64,000 nucleotides of DNA from Pseudomonadota bacterium. Lineage in GTDB: Bacteria > Bdellovibrionota_B > Oligoflexia > Silvanigrellales > Silvanigrellaceae. Within the stretch, counting starts at the first letter, position 1. Each line of letters starts with the position of its first letter. Position numbers and translations under genes: made by a program. The stretch covers positions 1 to 64,000 of the forward strand of contig JBDLRP010000048.1 of assembly GCA_039799905.1 (NCBI GenBank), given 5' to 3'. Under the pieces are notes generated by a model that searched no databases, had not been told where the DNA came from, and was given only the letters and a program-made list of their open reading frames with translations. Of the stretch, positions 9,616 through 20,490 are shown one piece after another.

Positions 9616-11471
9616 ACTCAACGACGTACAGTGCACTGCTTGCGACCGCCAGTTCGCTCGCCGCCTACGAGCGTGACGGGCAGCTTAAGTCGTGGTGTTG
9701 GCCGCGCAAAGATGCCTTCCACAATCATCTGCGTTTTTTTATCATGGGTTTGGTTCAGCAGGACGAGAGCATTTGGCTTGATCCGGAGCGCGACAACATC
9801 TCGTTCAATTGGGTCACACCGCTGGAGCATCTGCAAATCCATTGGCACATTCATCACCCTGCCGCGCGCGGACTGCGCTTGCGTATGGATGCTAAGCTTG
9901 TCGACGAAAACACTCTTGAACACACCTATCTGATTGATGCATCCGAACAAAGCGCCCTGCACGACACAAAATTCTGGTTTCTTATGGCACCTGAAGTCGC
10001 AGGCCGCCGGAGCCAGCTTCAGTGCGTGCGTGCGGGTTCGCAAGACAACCAAATCCGCTGCGACGCGGACCCGTACTATTTGACTTTGGAGACGGTGGGA
10101 CTCGGAAAATTCCGCAATGTTGCCGCGCTGCAGATTGATGCACACAGTTCATTGGGCAGCCTCGTGCAGTCATTTGTCACACATCCGGCCGCCTTCAGAG
10201 CGATTGAGATGGGACGCTGCGCCGCGGTCGCCCTATCGCAAACCATCCGCTGGAATACTCCCTTCACTTTGCGCATGAGTCTTCGCACCGCCGAGAACAA
10301 TCATCTGCAAAAGGAACGGATAGTCCATGCAGAGGAATCCGTTTGGTTTGCAGCAGCCGATGAACCGCCCGCCAGACCAACATCAAACTCCTTGTCGCTG
10401 CGTGTCTTGGATGCTTTGACAAGTCCCAATGGAGCTCTGTTGGCATCGGCCGAGTGTGACTGGGATATGCGCTTCAGCGGCGGATACGGATTTGTCTGGC
10501 CGCGCGATGCCGCGTTTGCCGGACTCGCCCTGCTCGAATGCGGACACAGCCAGCGGGCAGCGCGCGTTGCTGGATTTTTGTCAAAAGCGCTCGGCCAGTC
10601 GAACGACTTTGAACAACGCTACACAGACTCCGCCCAGCCAGCCCCGAGCTGGTGTCTGCGACAGCCCGATCAGCGGCCGCTCGTGTGTTTGCTCTGGATT
10701 GCTCTGCTGACCGAGCCGCAGCTGCCGGAGTCGAAAAAAACTGAACTACGGATCAAGCTCAATACGTGCTTGTCGGCCATGGCCGATGAATTGCTGACGT
10801 GTCCGGACACTGCCCTGATGGGATTCGACCTCTGGGAAGAACGCGAAGGGCAACATTTTTTTGCTCTCGTCACCGCCTACGGTGCACTCATCCGCGGAGT
10901 CAATCACGCGCTCACCGATGTCGCACAAGAACGCTACGGCGCAGCCGCACAGGTGGCCGCCCGTTTGGCACAGGGACACTTCAGTCCTCTTCATGCATGG
11001 CCTGCACGTACACGTTCAGCGACGGGTCACGCCGACTTCACCGCAGACGCAAGTCTGCTGGCGTGCCTGATGCCAGTTCCTGAATTTCCACTCTCAGAAC
11101 AGCAGCGTTCAGGCATGTTTCATGCCCTGCGCGAAGCTCTGAGACACGGTGTGGGTTACCGTCGCTACGCCGGCGACACCTACCGCGGAGGGGGATGCTG
11201 GCCGCTGGTCGGCCTTTGGTTTGCTTTGGGCGCAGGTGAAGTTCTGGCCGCTGCCGAAGTTGGTCCATTCATGAGGTCGGCCCTGCACGAGGCCTCTGCC
11301 TCATCCACTCCGTTGGGCTATCTTCCCGAGCAAATTAACCCTGAGTCCAGCCAGCCCACATGGGTCGTGCCATTGGCTTGGTCACACGCTTTTTTCATGC
11401 AGTTGATGCATCGTAATAAAAAGATTGAGGAAGCCAAGAAAATCCTTGATGAACCAGCCTTCCCTCACTAA
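9612..11471 (+). CDS. Glycoside hydrolase family 15 (glucoamylase-like)
   Basis: WPRD, DLWEE, GYLPEQ, PLAWSHA motifs. Confidence 0.88.
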   Translation: MNSTTYSALLATASSLAAYERDGQLKSWCWPRKDAFHNHLRFFIMGLVQQDESIWLDPERDNISFNWVTPLEHLQIHWHIHHPAARGLRLRMDAKLVDENTLEHTYLIDASEQSALHDTKFWFLMAPEVAGRRSQLQCVRAGSQDNQIRCDADPYYLTLETVGLGKFRNVAALQIDAHSSLGSLVQSFVTHPAAFRAIEMGRCAAVALSQTIRWNTPFTLRMSLRTAENNHLQKERIVHAEESVWFAAADEPPARPTSNSLSLRVLDALTSPNGALLASAECDWDMRFSGGYGFVWPRDAAFAGLALLECGHSQRAARVAGFLSKALGQSNDFEQRYTDSAQPAPSWCLRQPDQRPLVCLLWIALLTEPQLPESKKTELRIKLNTCLSAMADELLTCPDTALMGFDLWEEREGQHFFALVTAYGALIRGVNHALTDVAQERYGAAAQVAARLAQGHFSPLHAWPARTRSATGHADFTADASLLACLMPVPEFPLSEQQRSGMFHALREALRHGVGYRRYAGDTYRGGGCWPLVGLWFALGAGEVLAAAEVGPFMRSALHEASASSTPLGYLPEQINPESSQPTWVVPLAWSHAFFMQLMHRNKKIEEAKKILDEPAFPH

Positions 11472-11560
11472 AACCCCGACACGCGACAGCCGGCCCCGCT
11501 GCTGATTCCGAAAGAATCGTAATTCCGCCGAGATAAGGCTGTCTTCATCGGGAGATTCGC

Positions 11561-13459
11561 ATGCGTTCCATGGAGTATGATGTCGTTGTCGTCGGCGGAG
11601 GCCACGCCGGAATTGAAGCAGCACTGGCAAGCGCGCGTATGGGACTCAAAACCTGTCTGCTGACAATGAGCATCGACCGCATTGGACAAATGTCCTGCAA
11701 TCCGGCCATCGGCGGCACCGCCAAAGGTCATCTCGTCAAGGAAATCGATGCACTCGGCGGCGAAATGGGAGCGGCAATCGACTCGGCCGGTTTGCAATTC
11801 AGAATTCTCAACCGTTCCAAGGGCCCTGCAATCTGGAGTTCGCGTGCGCAGGCCGACATGGAACTCTACCGCAACTACATGCGCAAGACGTGTGAAAACA
11901 CAGTGAATCTCGACCTGCATCAAGACACCGTCGCCACTCTGCTGTTGGAAGGCAACAGAGTCGTCGGAGTGAGCACATCACTCGACCAAAGGCTCAATGC
12001 AAAATGCGTTGTCATCACCACGGGCACATTTCTCAACGGACTAATTCACATCGGTGACCGGAGAATTACTGCAGGTCGCGTTGGCGAACCTGCGAGTGTG
12101 GAGCTCGCCGAAGCACTCAAAAATTTCGGATTCAAGATGGGTCGGATGAAAACCGGAACGACACCGAGACTGGATGCCCGCTCGATCGATTTTTCAAAAC
12201 TCGAACGGCAGGATTCCGATCCGGATTTTGTCCCCTTCAGTCTCAGAACAAAGAAGATCAGCCAGAAACTGCTGCCGTGCTACATCACCTACACGAACGA
12301 AGAGACGCACAGAATCATCCGTGAACACATGCATCTCTCGCCATTGTACAGCGGCATCATCACCGGAATTGGTCCGCGCTACTGCCCAAGCATAGAGGAC
12401 AAGGTCGTCAAGTTTCCAGACAAGCTCTCGCACCAGATTTTCATTGAACCGGAAGGATACGACACGCACGAAATTTATCCGAACGGAATTTCGACAAGCC
12501 TGCCGGTCGACGTTCAGGAAAAATTCCTCCGCAGCATTGCCGGTTTTGAAAACGCGGTGATCATGAAACCCGGCTACGCAATTGAATATGACTATATCCA
12601 GCCGACAGAACTGCATCCGACGCTGGAGGCGAAGGCGCTTGAAAATCTTTACTTTGCCGGGCAAATCAACGGAACAACAGGATATGAGGAAGCCGCCGCG
12701 CAGGGACTCGTCGCCGGGATAAATGCGGCTCTGCGGGTGCAGAACAAACCGCCTTTTGTGCCGTCGCGTCAGGAGAGCTACATCGGCGTGCTGGTCGATG
12801 ACTTGACCACACTGGGCACCCAGGAACCCTACCGGATGTTTACAAGCCGGGCCGAGAACAGGCTCAAACTTCGTGAAGACAACGCCGACGCACGTTTGCG
12901 GCACTATGCGCATCGATTTGGTCTTGTCAGCGACGAAGAATTTGCGGAATTTTCTTTGCGACAAGAACGCGTTCATGCAGAACGTGAACGTCTGCGCACG
13001 ACGTGGCTCAACCCGACTCCCGAAACCAACCTGCGGCTCAAAACTGCCGGATTGCCGGAGCTTATGTCCACCTCAACCAGCCTTGACGCCTACCTCAAGC
13101 GGCCTGAAGTCGACGCTCAGCGTCTGTGCGCTGCGGGATTGATGGATGCTGAACTCGGCGAGCGCGTCCTGCGCTGCATTGAAATTGAAACAAAATACGA
13201 CGGCTATATCCGCCGTGAAGAAGCACTCGGCGATCGGCTGCAAAAAATGGACGCCGTTTGGATTCCGCGGGAATTGGATTACTCGGGTATCTCCGGTCTG
13301 TCGCGTGAGGTGGTCGAAAAACTGCGCAAGCATTCTCCCAGCACGCTGGGTCAGGCCTCGCGCATCAGCGGCATCACGCCGGCAGCAGTGACGCTTTTGC
13401 ATGCGGTGATTGAACGCAACCGTCAGTCGGCTGTCGGGCAAAGTCTTCCGACCCACTAA
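11561..13459 (+). CDS. mnmG: tRNA uridine 5-carboxymethylaminomethyl modification enzyme MnmG/GidA
   Basis: [43 protein letters not shown]. Confidence 0.98.
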   Translation: MRSMEYDVVVVGGGHAGIEAALASARMGLKTCLLTMSIDRIGQMSCNPAIGGTAKGHLVKEIDALGGEMGAAIDSAGLQFRILNRSKGPAIWSSRAQADMELYRNYMRKTCENTVNLDLHQDTVATLLLEGNRVVGVSTSLDQRLNAKCVVITTGTFLNGLIHIGDRRITAGRVGEPASVELAEALKNFGFKMGRMKTGTTPRLDARSIDFSKLERQDSDPDFVPFSLRTKKISQKLLPCYITYTNEETHRIIREHMHLSPLYSGIITGIGPRYCPSIEDKVVKFPDKLSHQIFIEPEGYDTHEIYPNGISTSLPVDVQEKFLRSIAGFENAVIMKPGYAIEYDYIQPTELHPTLEAKALENLYFAGQINGTTGYEEAAAQGLVAGINAALRVQNKPPFVPSRQESYIGVLVDDLTTLGTQEPYRMFTSRAENRLKLREDNADARLRHYAHRFGLVSDEEFAEFSLRQERVHAERERLRTTWLNPTPETNLRLKTAGLPELMSTSTSLDAYLKRPEVDAQRLCAAGLMDAELGERVLRCIEIETKYDGYIRREEALGDRLQKMDAVWIPRELDYSGISGLSREVVEKLRKHSPSTLGQASRISGITPAAVTLLHAVIERNRQSAVGQSLPTH

Positions 13460-13557
13460 CTCTCTCCATAGGTGTGCATGCTAGGATCAAATCGTGCGGA
13501 ACGACTCTACCGGCCGATTGCCGGAAGGGAGTTCCGAACACGCAAACTTGATTCAGG

Positions 13558-13956
13558 ATGGTTCGTGCCATGGCATTACTCGACGGACAACTCACTTCGC
13601 GCAAATTTCAGCTGACAGTTCGCTGGACGCTGGTTGTTGCGCTCTGGGCGTTGCTGATGTCGATGGCATCCGGACAGGCCGGAATCTCCAACTACGTCGA
13701 GCTCGTCGGCAAACGGAATATTCTCGTCGATGTCAATATGCGGCTGAAGGTCGAAAACCAGTTGCTCGAAGAAAAAATAAAACTGCTCAAATCCAATCCT
13801 GCAGAGCAAATCCGCTTCCTGAAGGATGAATTCGGCTACGTGCAGGCAAACGAATACGTATATCGTTTCGACAAACCCGAGCAGCTTGAAAAAGTTACAA
13901 GCAAGAAAAAGAAAACGCAGACATCTGAAATAAAATCGAACAATCCAAACGGCTAG
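13558..13956 (+). CDS. Septum formation initiator family (FtsB/DivIC-like)
   Basis: One TM segment, coiled coil, then KDEFGYVQANEYVY. Confidence 0.75.
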   Translation: MVRAMALLDGQLTSRKFQLTVRWTLVVALWALLMSMASGQAGISNYVELVGKRNILVDVNMRLKVENQLLEEKIKLLKSNPAEQIRFLKDEFGYVQANEYVYRFDKPEQLEKVTSKKKKTQTSEIKSNNPNG

Positions 13957-13962
13957 GAAACC

Positions 13963-14565
13963 ATGCGCAAGCATATTTTGTCATTTACATTGCTGGTGCT
14001 GCTCTCTTCGGGTCCCGCGTTCGCTGCTCCGCGCGAAAAAAAAGCAAAATCATTTGAACGTGAAAAAACGCAAAAACTCAATCCCGAACCGACTCAGGTC
14101 AAATCATTCGAACGCGAGAAAACACAAAAACTCAATTTCGAACCAACTCAGGTCGAATCTCCGGACGCAGTCCGCGGCGACGGCGAACCGAAAAATCCTC
14201 TGCTGACGCCCGCAGAGATTGAATCCACAAATAAAGAGATAAAAAGACTTCGCGCCTTGATTGAATCAGGTCAGCAGATGCTGGCGGAATCGGAAGGCAA
14301 TCAGAGTGCGCAAATAAAAATTATGAGCACTCTGACACTCCTTGAACTTGAGATGCGAAAACTCAACGAAAAACTGCGCGGCTCGACACCGGCATCCGGT
14401 GAATCTGCCGCAGGCGTAGACTCAACTGTACCTGCCGAAGGCTCGACTTCTGAGAACCCCACGCAGACTGCTCAAGAGCAAATGAGACCTGCATCAAACG
14501 AGACTCCTGTTGATGCTGCGCCGTCCAACAACAACTCTGAGAGTATGAATAAAAAAGGAGAGTGA
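13963..14565 (+). CDS. Exported hypothetical protein with an 18-aa tandem repeat and coiled coil
   Basis: Signal peptide ending AFA; KSFEREKTQKLN(P/F)EPTQV twice. Confidence 0.75.
   Translation: MRKHILSFTLLVLLSSGPAFAAPREKKAKSFEREKTQKLNPEPTQVKSFEREKTQKLNFEPTQVESPDAVRGDGEPKNPLLTPAEIESTNKEIKRLRALIESGQQMLAESEGNQSAQIKIMSTLTLLELEMRKLNEKLRGSTPASGESAAGVDSTVPAEGSTSENPTQTAQEQMRPASNETPVDAAPSNNNSESMNKKGE
14047..14154 (+). repeat. Two-copy 54-bp in-frame tandem repeat
   Basis: 14047-14100 versus 14101-14154; differences mostly at third codon positions. Confidence 0.9.
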
Positions 14566-15071
14566 GAGTCATGTCCGTACGCCGCAGAAAATTCAGAAAC
14601 TACTGGCTCAACGCCGAATTCCAGGGCCGCTACATCGTCGCCCTTATGGCGTCATCGCTCGTCGCGATGCTCCTCTATGGCTTCGTCTTTTACTCTCACG
14701 TCAAAGAAAACTATGACACGCTTGTCAAAATTTCACCAATGACAGACGAGACCAAGACTCAACTCTATGCGGAGCTCAACCGGATTATTGTCTATCTGAG
14801 CTTGAGCAGTATTGTCTTTTTCGCATTGGTTGCGATCATCGGACTCATCTATTCCCACCGCGTTGCCGGACCGCTGTTTAAAATCAAGAGCGTCTGCAAA
14901 GAGGTCTGCGACGGAAACTTCTCGGCACGCATCGCACTGCGACCGAACGACGAATTTCGCGATGTAGCTGAACAACTCAACAAAATGATTGATATCCTTC
15001 AAAGCAAGAGCAGCGAGCAGCAATCACAGCAAGGTGACACTCAGCAAAACAGCCATCTGAAAGCTGTTTAA
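14562..15071 (+). CDS. Small membrane protein with a HAMP domain
   Basis: Two TM helices, then SHRVAGPL..GNFSARIALRPNDEFRDVAEQLNKM. Confidence 0.85.
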   Translation: MRVMSVRRRKFRNYWLNAEFQGRYIVALMASSLVAMLLYGFVFYSHVKENYDTLVKISPMTDETKTQLYAELNRIIVYLSLSSIVFFALVAIIGLIYSHRVAGPLFKIKSVCKEVCDGNFSARIALRPNDEFRDVAEQLNKMIDILQSKSSEQQSQQGDTQQNSHLKAV

Positions 15072-16330
15072 GGAAGAAATTCCATATCCGATAGAAACTT
15101 CGTCAATTCTTCCCGCTCTGTGGCCGACAGGCTGATACCACGCCCATTGTTCGGCGGAGGCATGCTGTTACTGTCCACACGCGAACGCGCACCACCCGCA
15201 CTCGTCTTAACCTGTTGAAAGTTTCCGAACGGCGTGCGCGGGGCACTTGCATGACAAGACTGGCAGCGTGCGTCTATGAGCGCCTTAAACTTGTCGTTGT
15301 ACTGCTGAGTAAGTTCTTCAGCCGACGGAGTGGCCGGAGCGTCTGGTTTGTCCGGTTCAGCAGTTTCAACTTCTTTTTCCGTCGGCTCAGGAACAGTTTC
15401 ATTGTTGACCACCTCGACCTTCCCATCAGAGCTGTAGATTTTATTTCCACTCATGACAAAGACTCGTCCGACAGGTGCAATCACACCGTCGGCATCTGCA
15501 CTGAGAGTCATACTGATCCGACTCGGAACGATTATATTCTTTCCTGCTTTGAATCCCTTGAATCGTCTGCCCTCGGCTGCAAACTGACCGCCGGAATCGC
15601 GCAGGATGTAGACAATGTAATCGCCAACAACCAACCATACACCTCGGCCGCGTATGACACCGGCGCCGGTGATCTTCGATGAATCAAAGTTTGCGAGACT
15701 GACGGAATCCAGTTTCAGATAAAATTCTCTCTTCAGCTGCGGTTCCGCGTTCAACCAGATAATCCGATCTTTGAAAATTCCAACCAAATCGGTTTTCGAT
15801 ACGGAAATCACCCTCAGACCCGTCGACTTTTCATCCAAAATGGATGAAAGGTTTTCCTCAATCTTGGCTATTTCCGAAGCAATCCGTGCGCGGTAATAAA
15901 TCTTGTCTTTGGTAATTCCCCAATACTGTTGTTCGCCCATAGAATAAATCCACACGGGTTTTTCGGAGGTGTCGGAGATGGATGCCGTGTGAGTTTCAGC
16001 CCGCAGATCCTGAGTGTTGATGACAACGCTCTTGCCGTCTTTACCGGCCACCATGACCGATTGATCGTCCAGGTAGGAGATGAGCTGGACAGAAGACTGC
16101 AGATCGTCGGAAATGCGTTTTCCCAGCTCCTCCTGCAGAGTGAGACTGACACCGGTGGATTCAAGAAAGGGCTTGAACTTCGCGTTTGCATAGTTGCTGT
16201 CGCCGGAAATGGAAACGCGATTGCTACAGGCGACAATCAGCGCAGCCAACACGAAGACAACTGGAATGTATTTTGTTGCAAACCTTCGAATCAAGATCTT
16301 ATCCTTTTCTGAATTTGCCGACCTTATCAC
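15068..16330 (-). CDS. Lipoprotein with beta-rich N-domain and C-terminal monoheme cytochrome c
   Basis: Lipobox LIVAC; CQSCH followed by SMPP (candidate distal Met). Confidence 0.8.
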   Translation of the reverse strand: MIRSANSEKDKILIRRFATKYIPVVFVLAALIVACSNRVSISGDSNYANAKFKPFLESTGVSLTLQEELGKRISDDLQSSVQLISYLDDQSVMVAGKDGKSVVINTQDLRAETHTASISDTSEKPVWIYSMGEQQYWGITKDKIYYRARIASEIAKIEENLSSILDEKSTGLRVISVSKTDLVGIFKDRIIWLNAEPQLKREFYLKLDSVSLANFDSSKITGAGVIRGRGVWLVVGDYIVYILRDSGGQFAAEGRRFKGFKAGKNIIVPSRISMTLSADADGVIAPVGRVFVMSGNKIYSSDGKVEVVNNETVPEPTEKEVETAEPDKPDAPATPSAEELTQQYNDKFKALIDARCQSCHASAPRTPFGNFQQVKTSAGGARSRVDSNSMPPPNNGRGISLSATEREELTKFLSDMEFLP

Positions 16331-17807
16331 GTGGACGGAGAGTCAGGGACTGACCCGCTGCAGAGAGAATTGCCTCGGCGACAGCTCCGTCAATCGACCC
16401 CGCAGTCTGCGTTCCTGCATCCAGACCAAACACGCCGTCAGCCCATTCGAGTGTTCTGTTGTCAACAAAGGCAGTGGCGCTCGAGGGACCATAATAGGCG
16501 TTCTGAATAGCACCAAGCGGTCCGCCTTCGGAACCTTTGACAATGACAGCGATGCTGCTGACGGTATTGCTGTCCTGAACCCAGTCCTCATTGCGGCCTG
16601 AGCACGTTCTTATAAAAGCGATTCCATCCATGCCCTTTGCAATCAGAGAATTCGCCCAGACGTTGATTCCAACACCCGCTTCAATGATCGCAGTGTACAT
16701 GTTTCCACTGTCGCCGCTGGGAGCACGATTCGCGTCGGGGTTGTGGAAGTCAGGAGTCTGCAAGCCGACACTCGACACAGTGCACAAACCGGTTTCAGCA
16801 AGTTTTGCAGCAATCGCCATTGAGGCCGCGCGGTCACAGTTGATCGAGCCAAGAGCATTGAAGTTCCCGTTGCCTAGGCTTGCGTAGCTGGTCTTGAGCG
16901 ACTGCACTTCGACAGCAATCCTCTCGAGGTTTTCGAGCCACTGCGTTCTGACTTTCTTTGCATCTTCGTTGCCGTGCAATTCCTCAAACATTCGAATTTT
17001 GTTGGCCACCGATCCGGAAGCCTTGTCGTTCTCTTTGGGCACGTAGCTCTTGGCAATCAACTGATCGAGAGAGTTGATGAATGCAGCCGATTTTTTGCCC
17101 GATGCGACGATGGCACCGCCGTTGGGTCCGTCATCACGCACTTCGACTGCTCCGAAGGCAGCAACTCCGATCGGACTGAGCTGACCACTCGCCTGAATCA
17201 TATGCGCTATGGATCCCGCTCCCGGAATCTGCCCGCGCTGATGAACACCTGTTCCCTGATAGCTGACAAACGAAGTCATTGAAATCTTATTCTGTGGAAT
17301 ATCTTTGATGAGCGAGTTGAAACCCGGAAGCACCGCAGCTGTTCCATTCATCATGTACTTTCCAGTCAGCACCATGTCGCCGAACAGTTTATTTACCTTA
17401 GCTTCGGCAAACGCTGGGTGCGTCTGTGTCAGATCGGAAACCGAGCTGTTTCCAGTTCCAAAGGTCAGTGTTTGCAGCGGATTGTTTTGCGAGCTGAAAC
17501 CGCTCAGGTTCAGAAAATTTCGAGGATCGTAGGATGTAGCCATGAAAATATCCAGGAAACTCACCTTCGGAAAACCCTGTGCGAGTGCCTCGGAAATAAA
17601 GATGAGCGATGGGCCGCCGCGAAATGCGTCTTCCAGCACCGCAAGGGCATCCATTCCTTCAGCCCACGGATTCTTGGCTCTAAACTGTGCATACCAGTGT
17701 GCGAGTCCCTGCGAGACTCCGTATTTCTGCAACCCCGACATCGCACCATAGCCGAGTCCGCCCAATAGCGCGCTCCTGAGCAGATGTCTTCTGTTGATTT
17801 GACTCAT
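16299..17807 (-). CDS. Tat-exported DUF1501/DUF1552-like protein
   Basis: INRRHLL twin-arginine signal; PDFH and SGR motifs resemble DUF1501 wDtH/eFGR; lies beside a DUF1588-like cytochrome. Confidence 0.65.
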   Translation of the reverse strand: MSQINRRHLLRSALLGGLGYGAMSGLQKYGVSQGLAHWYAQFRAKNPWAEGMDALAVLEDAFRGGPSLIFISEALAQGFPKVSFLDIFMATSYDPRNFLNLSGFSSQNNPLQTLTFGTGNSSVSDLTQTHPAFAEAKVNKLFGDMVLTGKYMMNGTAAVLPGFNSLIKDIPQNKISMTSFVSYQGTGVHQRGQIPGAGSIAHMIQASGQLSPIGVAAFGAVEVRDDGPNGGAIVASGKKSAAFINSLDQLIAKSYVPKENDKASGSVANKIRMFEELHGNEDAKKVRTQWLENLERIAVEVQSLKTSYASLGNGNFNALGSINCDRAASMAIAAKLAETGLCTVSSVGLQTPDFHNPDANRAPSGDSGNMYTAIIEAGVGINVWANSLIAKGMDGIAFIRTCSGRNEDWVQDSNTVSSIAVIVKGSEGGPLGAIQNAYYGPSSATAFVDNRTLEWADGVFGLDAGTQTAGSIDGAVAEAILSAAGQSLTLRPRDKVGKFRKG

Positions 17808-17846
17808 GGCGAAAGCCCCCTTCGATTCCGATTCAAACTTTTTCTT

Positions 17847-18521
17847 TCAACGCAATTCTGCAAACGTAGCCGAGGCAATGAACGCAGCGAGAATCTCGCG
17901 CTTCTTGGCGACATCAGCCACGCTGCACTCGGCAGCAAATTTGCCTGCCAATGGTCCTACGTCTGCATCCGAATAGGCCGGTATGCAGCGCTGCAGAATC
18001 TGTTTTGCTTTTTCCTCGGTCGAGCAGTCGCAGCGCGAGTCGGGACTGTTGAAGTTGCAGTTCCACGCGACAACATCGGCAACCGTCGCAAGTGCACCCA
18101 TGTATGTGAGTGTCAGGTAACCTGCTGCCGTATCGACACGCGACACCCTCATTGGGTCGTACAGATCGCCAGCAAGCACTTCGATTATGTCTGACCGGCC
18201 CGCCGCCGCCTGAAAGTTTTGTCCGAGTATGGCCTTTCTTCCCTCTCCGCCGCCGCCGGAGATCATTTCCGGCTTGATTGCCAGCAGCCCATCCTGAAGA
18301 CATTCGTTAATCGACCCGCGGAGAATTTCGCTGTTCTTGACAAGAAAACCCGGGGCGCCAAGAAAGTAATTGAACCTGCTTATCTTTTGTTTGGAGAGCT
18401 CCTTTGCTCCCGAGCTTCCACCTTGTGCGACGTTGACATTCGTGTCACCCGATTTTTTTGAACACGCCGCCGCCAGCGCGACAAGCGCGCATACACCGGC
18501 TGCATTGAGTAACTTGCGCAT
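17847..18521 (-). CDS. Cys-containing hypothetical lipoprotein
   Basis: MRK..LAAAC lipobox with upstream GAAGGGGG RBS; C-terminal helix EILAAFIASATF. Confidence 0.75.
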   Translation of the reverse strand: MRKLLNAAGVCALVALAAACSKKSGDTNVNVAQGGSSGAKELSKQKISRFNYFLGAPGFLVKNSEILRGSINECLQDGLLAIKPEMISGGGGEGRKAILGQNFQAAAGRSDIIEVLAGDLYDPMRVSRVDTAAGYLTLTYMGALATVADVVAWNCNFNSPDSRCDCSTEEKAKQILQRCIPAYSDADVGPLAGKFAAECSVADVAKKREILAAFIASATFAELR

Positions 18522-18538
18522 CGATACGCCCCCTTCGA

Positions 18539-20467
18539 TTAACGTCCAGAACATGCAAACGATTCGGTTTGGAAATAGGCTTTCATCATCGGCAGCAGCA
18601 ATCCGTCGTTGCTGCTGAACGCTGCACTCACATCGCGGATGATCTCAATGTTCGTCGAGTTCGTGTTTGCGAAAGTGCTTGGTAAAAATCTCGTCAGACC
18701 ACGCACGGTCGCAACACCCTTCACGGGAGTGTCGGCGGTGTCGTTTTGGTGAATCAAAATATCGGCATAGCGCGCCAGATCATTTGCATACTTTGCCTTA
18801 TCCATGTTGAGCGGGTCCGACGGATCCGGAAAACAAGTCGCCTGCTCACTATTGTCGAGCTCTTCAAGGAGCTGACGGTAGAACGCAGGGTCAATGAATT
18901 TGAACTCGGTGGCAGACGAGTCTGTATGTGTGATGTGCGTGCGGTCATCAGGAGTGTTGTTGTTCGCGCGGACCGGCTGGATGAGATTCATGTCCGCATA
19001 GACTTTAACGGGGTTACCGTTGGCCGAGTTCATCATGCGAGGAAATATAATCTCACCCGAAAACCCGAATGGCCTGAAGACGACCGATGCTGCCGCAAGG
19101 TGGCGGTTCAGGTGACATCCCTGACACACACGGCCATAAAACGGAATCGCAATCGCACCCCATGCAGAACGTTCGGAGCTCAGGTCGCCCTTCTTTTTGA
19201 CAAACCAGCGCTTGTCGGCAGTCACCTCCAGACACTGTGGGATTGGGCGTGGTTTTTCACCAGACACACCATCCGTGTTGGCCATCAAGACTTCACCGAA
19301 AATGACCTGATGGGTATCTCCTCCGCGGCCATAGTTGTTGTTGCTTTGAAACATCGCCGTTGGTTTTGAGACAAGAAAACCACGCGTGCCGAAAAAGTTC
19401 CCACGCTTTGCGCTCAAGGTACACTCAGCCCATGTTCCAGCGGCTGGTGTTGCACAGGTTTCACGGTACTTTTCCTGCATCGGCTGGGGTAACGCATTCA
19501 CCTCGCCTGCAACGGAATTGTAGAGCGGGGCCGTATTGGAAGTCACCATCACTTTGTTCATCAAGAACAATTGCGGGTACGAAACCTTCTCGTAGTTTGC
19601 CTTCACCAGCTGCGCAAACTCCGACTGCAGATCCTCGACGGCTGCAGGCGGAAGCGGAGGCTCAACAGTTTTTCCGTTTACGCCTATTGCACCGACGTTG
19701 GCAATCTTCTGTGCCAGTCCAACGACAGCCACATCCTCAAACTTCTTTTTCAGATCATCTCTGGAAAGAAGCACGTCGACAACCTTTTTCCTGACTTCGG
19801 CACTCGCCGGAGCATTCTTTTCAGATTCGCTCAAAAGGTCTCTTTCGAATGGCTCTAGCGGATTTATTTGTCTGCCCAGCGCGCGGCTCATGAAACGATT
19901 TTGGAAATCCCATCCGGTGATGATCTTTTCGCATTTTGTGTTGAGTTGAACTTCAATATTGGAGCGGAATTCCGGTCGAGTTCCGAATTTGATTTCCGCC
20001 TCGCGGACCGCGCCCGGTAGTGAATCTTGAAACCATGCAATCAGGTTGGGAAGTTTCTTCGCCTGATTCGCATCTTTAAAATCGGGCGGCATGGCCGAAG
20101 GCGAATCATTTTTTTTGAGGTGCTTGTGGACGAGCGCCTGATAGGCGGTCTGATTGAGCGCGGAGCCATCAAGCCAGCTTGCGTCCTTGAGGAGAATTTC
20201 CCGCGCAGGCATGGAGAATGCTGCCGCAAGTGGTTTTCCTGGACCGTGACACTCAAAACAGTTCTGGTCCATGAACTCAAGCGCTTCGCGGGTGCTCATT
20301 GGCGTCGGACGGCCCGAGGAGTGCTGATCCGAAACGCCCGTAAGACCACGTTTGACTGTTGTGATATCGTTTTTTGGGTTTGAACTGCAGGACGCCGCCA
20401 CACCGGCGAACATTACAAAAAGCATTCGGCACGCTAAAAAAGGTTTTCTTTTCTGAACTGCAACCAT
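18539..20467 (-). CDS. Diheme c-type cytochrome lipoprotein, DUF1592/DUF1588/DUF1585-like
   Basis: Lipobox AASC; CFECH..AMPP and CQGCH; RGNFFGTRGFL and C-terminal MKAYFQTESF resemble planctomycete/myxobacterial PSD domains. Confidence 0.75.
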   Translation of the reverse strand: MVAVQKRKPFLACRMLFVMFAGVAASCSSNPKNDITTVKRGLTGVSDQHSSGRPTPMSTREALEFMDQNCFECHGPGKPLAAAFSMPAREILLKDASWLDGSALNQTAYQALVHKHLKKNDSPSAMPPDFKDANQAKKLPNLIAWFQDSLPGAVREAEIKFGTRPEFRSNIEVQLNTKCEKIITGWDFQNRFMSRALGRQINPLEPFERDLLSESEKNAPASAEVRKKVVDVLLSRDDLKKKFEDVAVVGLAQKIANVGAIGVNGKTVEPPLPPAAVEDLQSEFAQLVKANYEKVSYPQLFLMNKVMVTSNTAPLYNSVAGEVNALPQPMQEKYRETCATPAAGTWAECTLSAKRGNFFGTRGFLVSKPTAMFQSNNNYGRGGDTHQVIFGEVLMANTDGVSGEKPRPIPQCLEVTADKRWFVKKKGDLSSERSAWGAIAIPFYGRVCQGCHLNRHLAAASVVFRPFGFSGEIIFPRMMNSANGNPVKVYADMNLIQPVRANNNTPDDRTHITHTDSSATEFKFIDPAFYRQLLEELDNSEQATCFPDPSDPLNMDKAKYANDLARYADILIHQNDTADTPVKGVATVRGLTRFLPSTFANTNSTNIEIIRDVSAAFSSNDGLLLPMMKAYFQTESFACSGR

Positions 20468-20490
20468 GCACCTACCCCTCGTGGGGCATA

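Noticed and set aside
14047..14154. Direct repeat as CRISPR or att site
   Set aside because: Only two abutting copies, no spacer, in-frame and coding; no cas genes.
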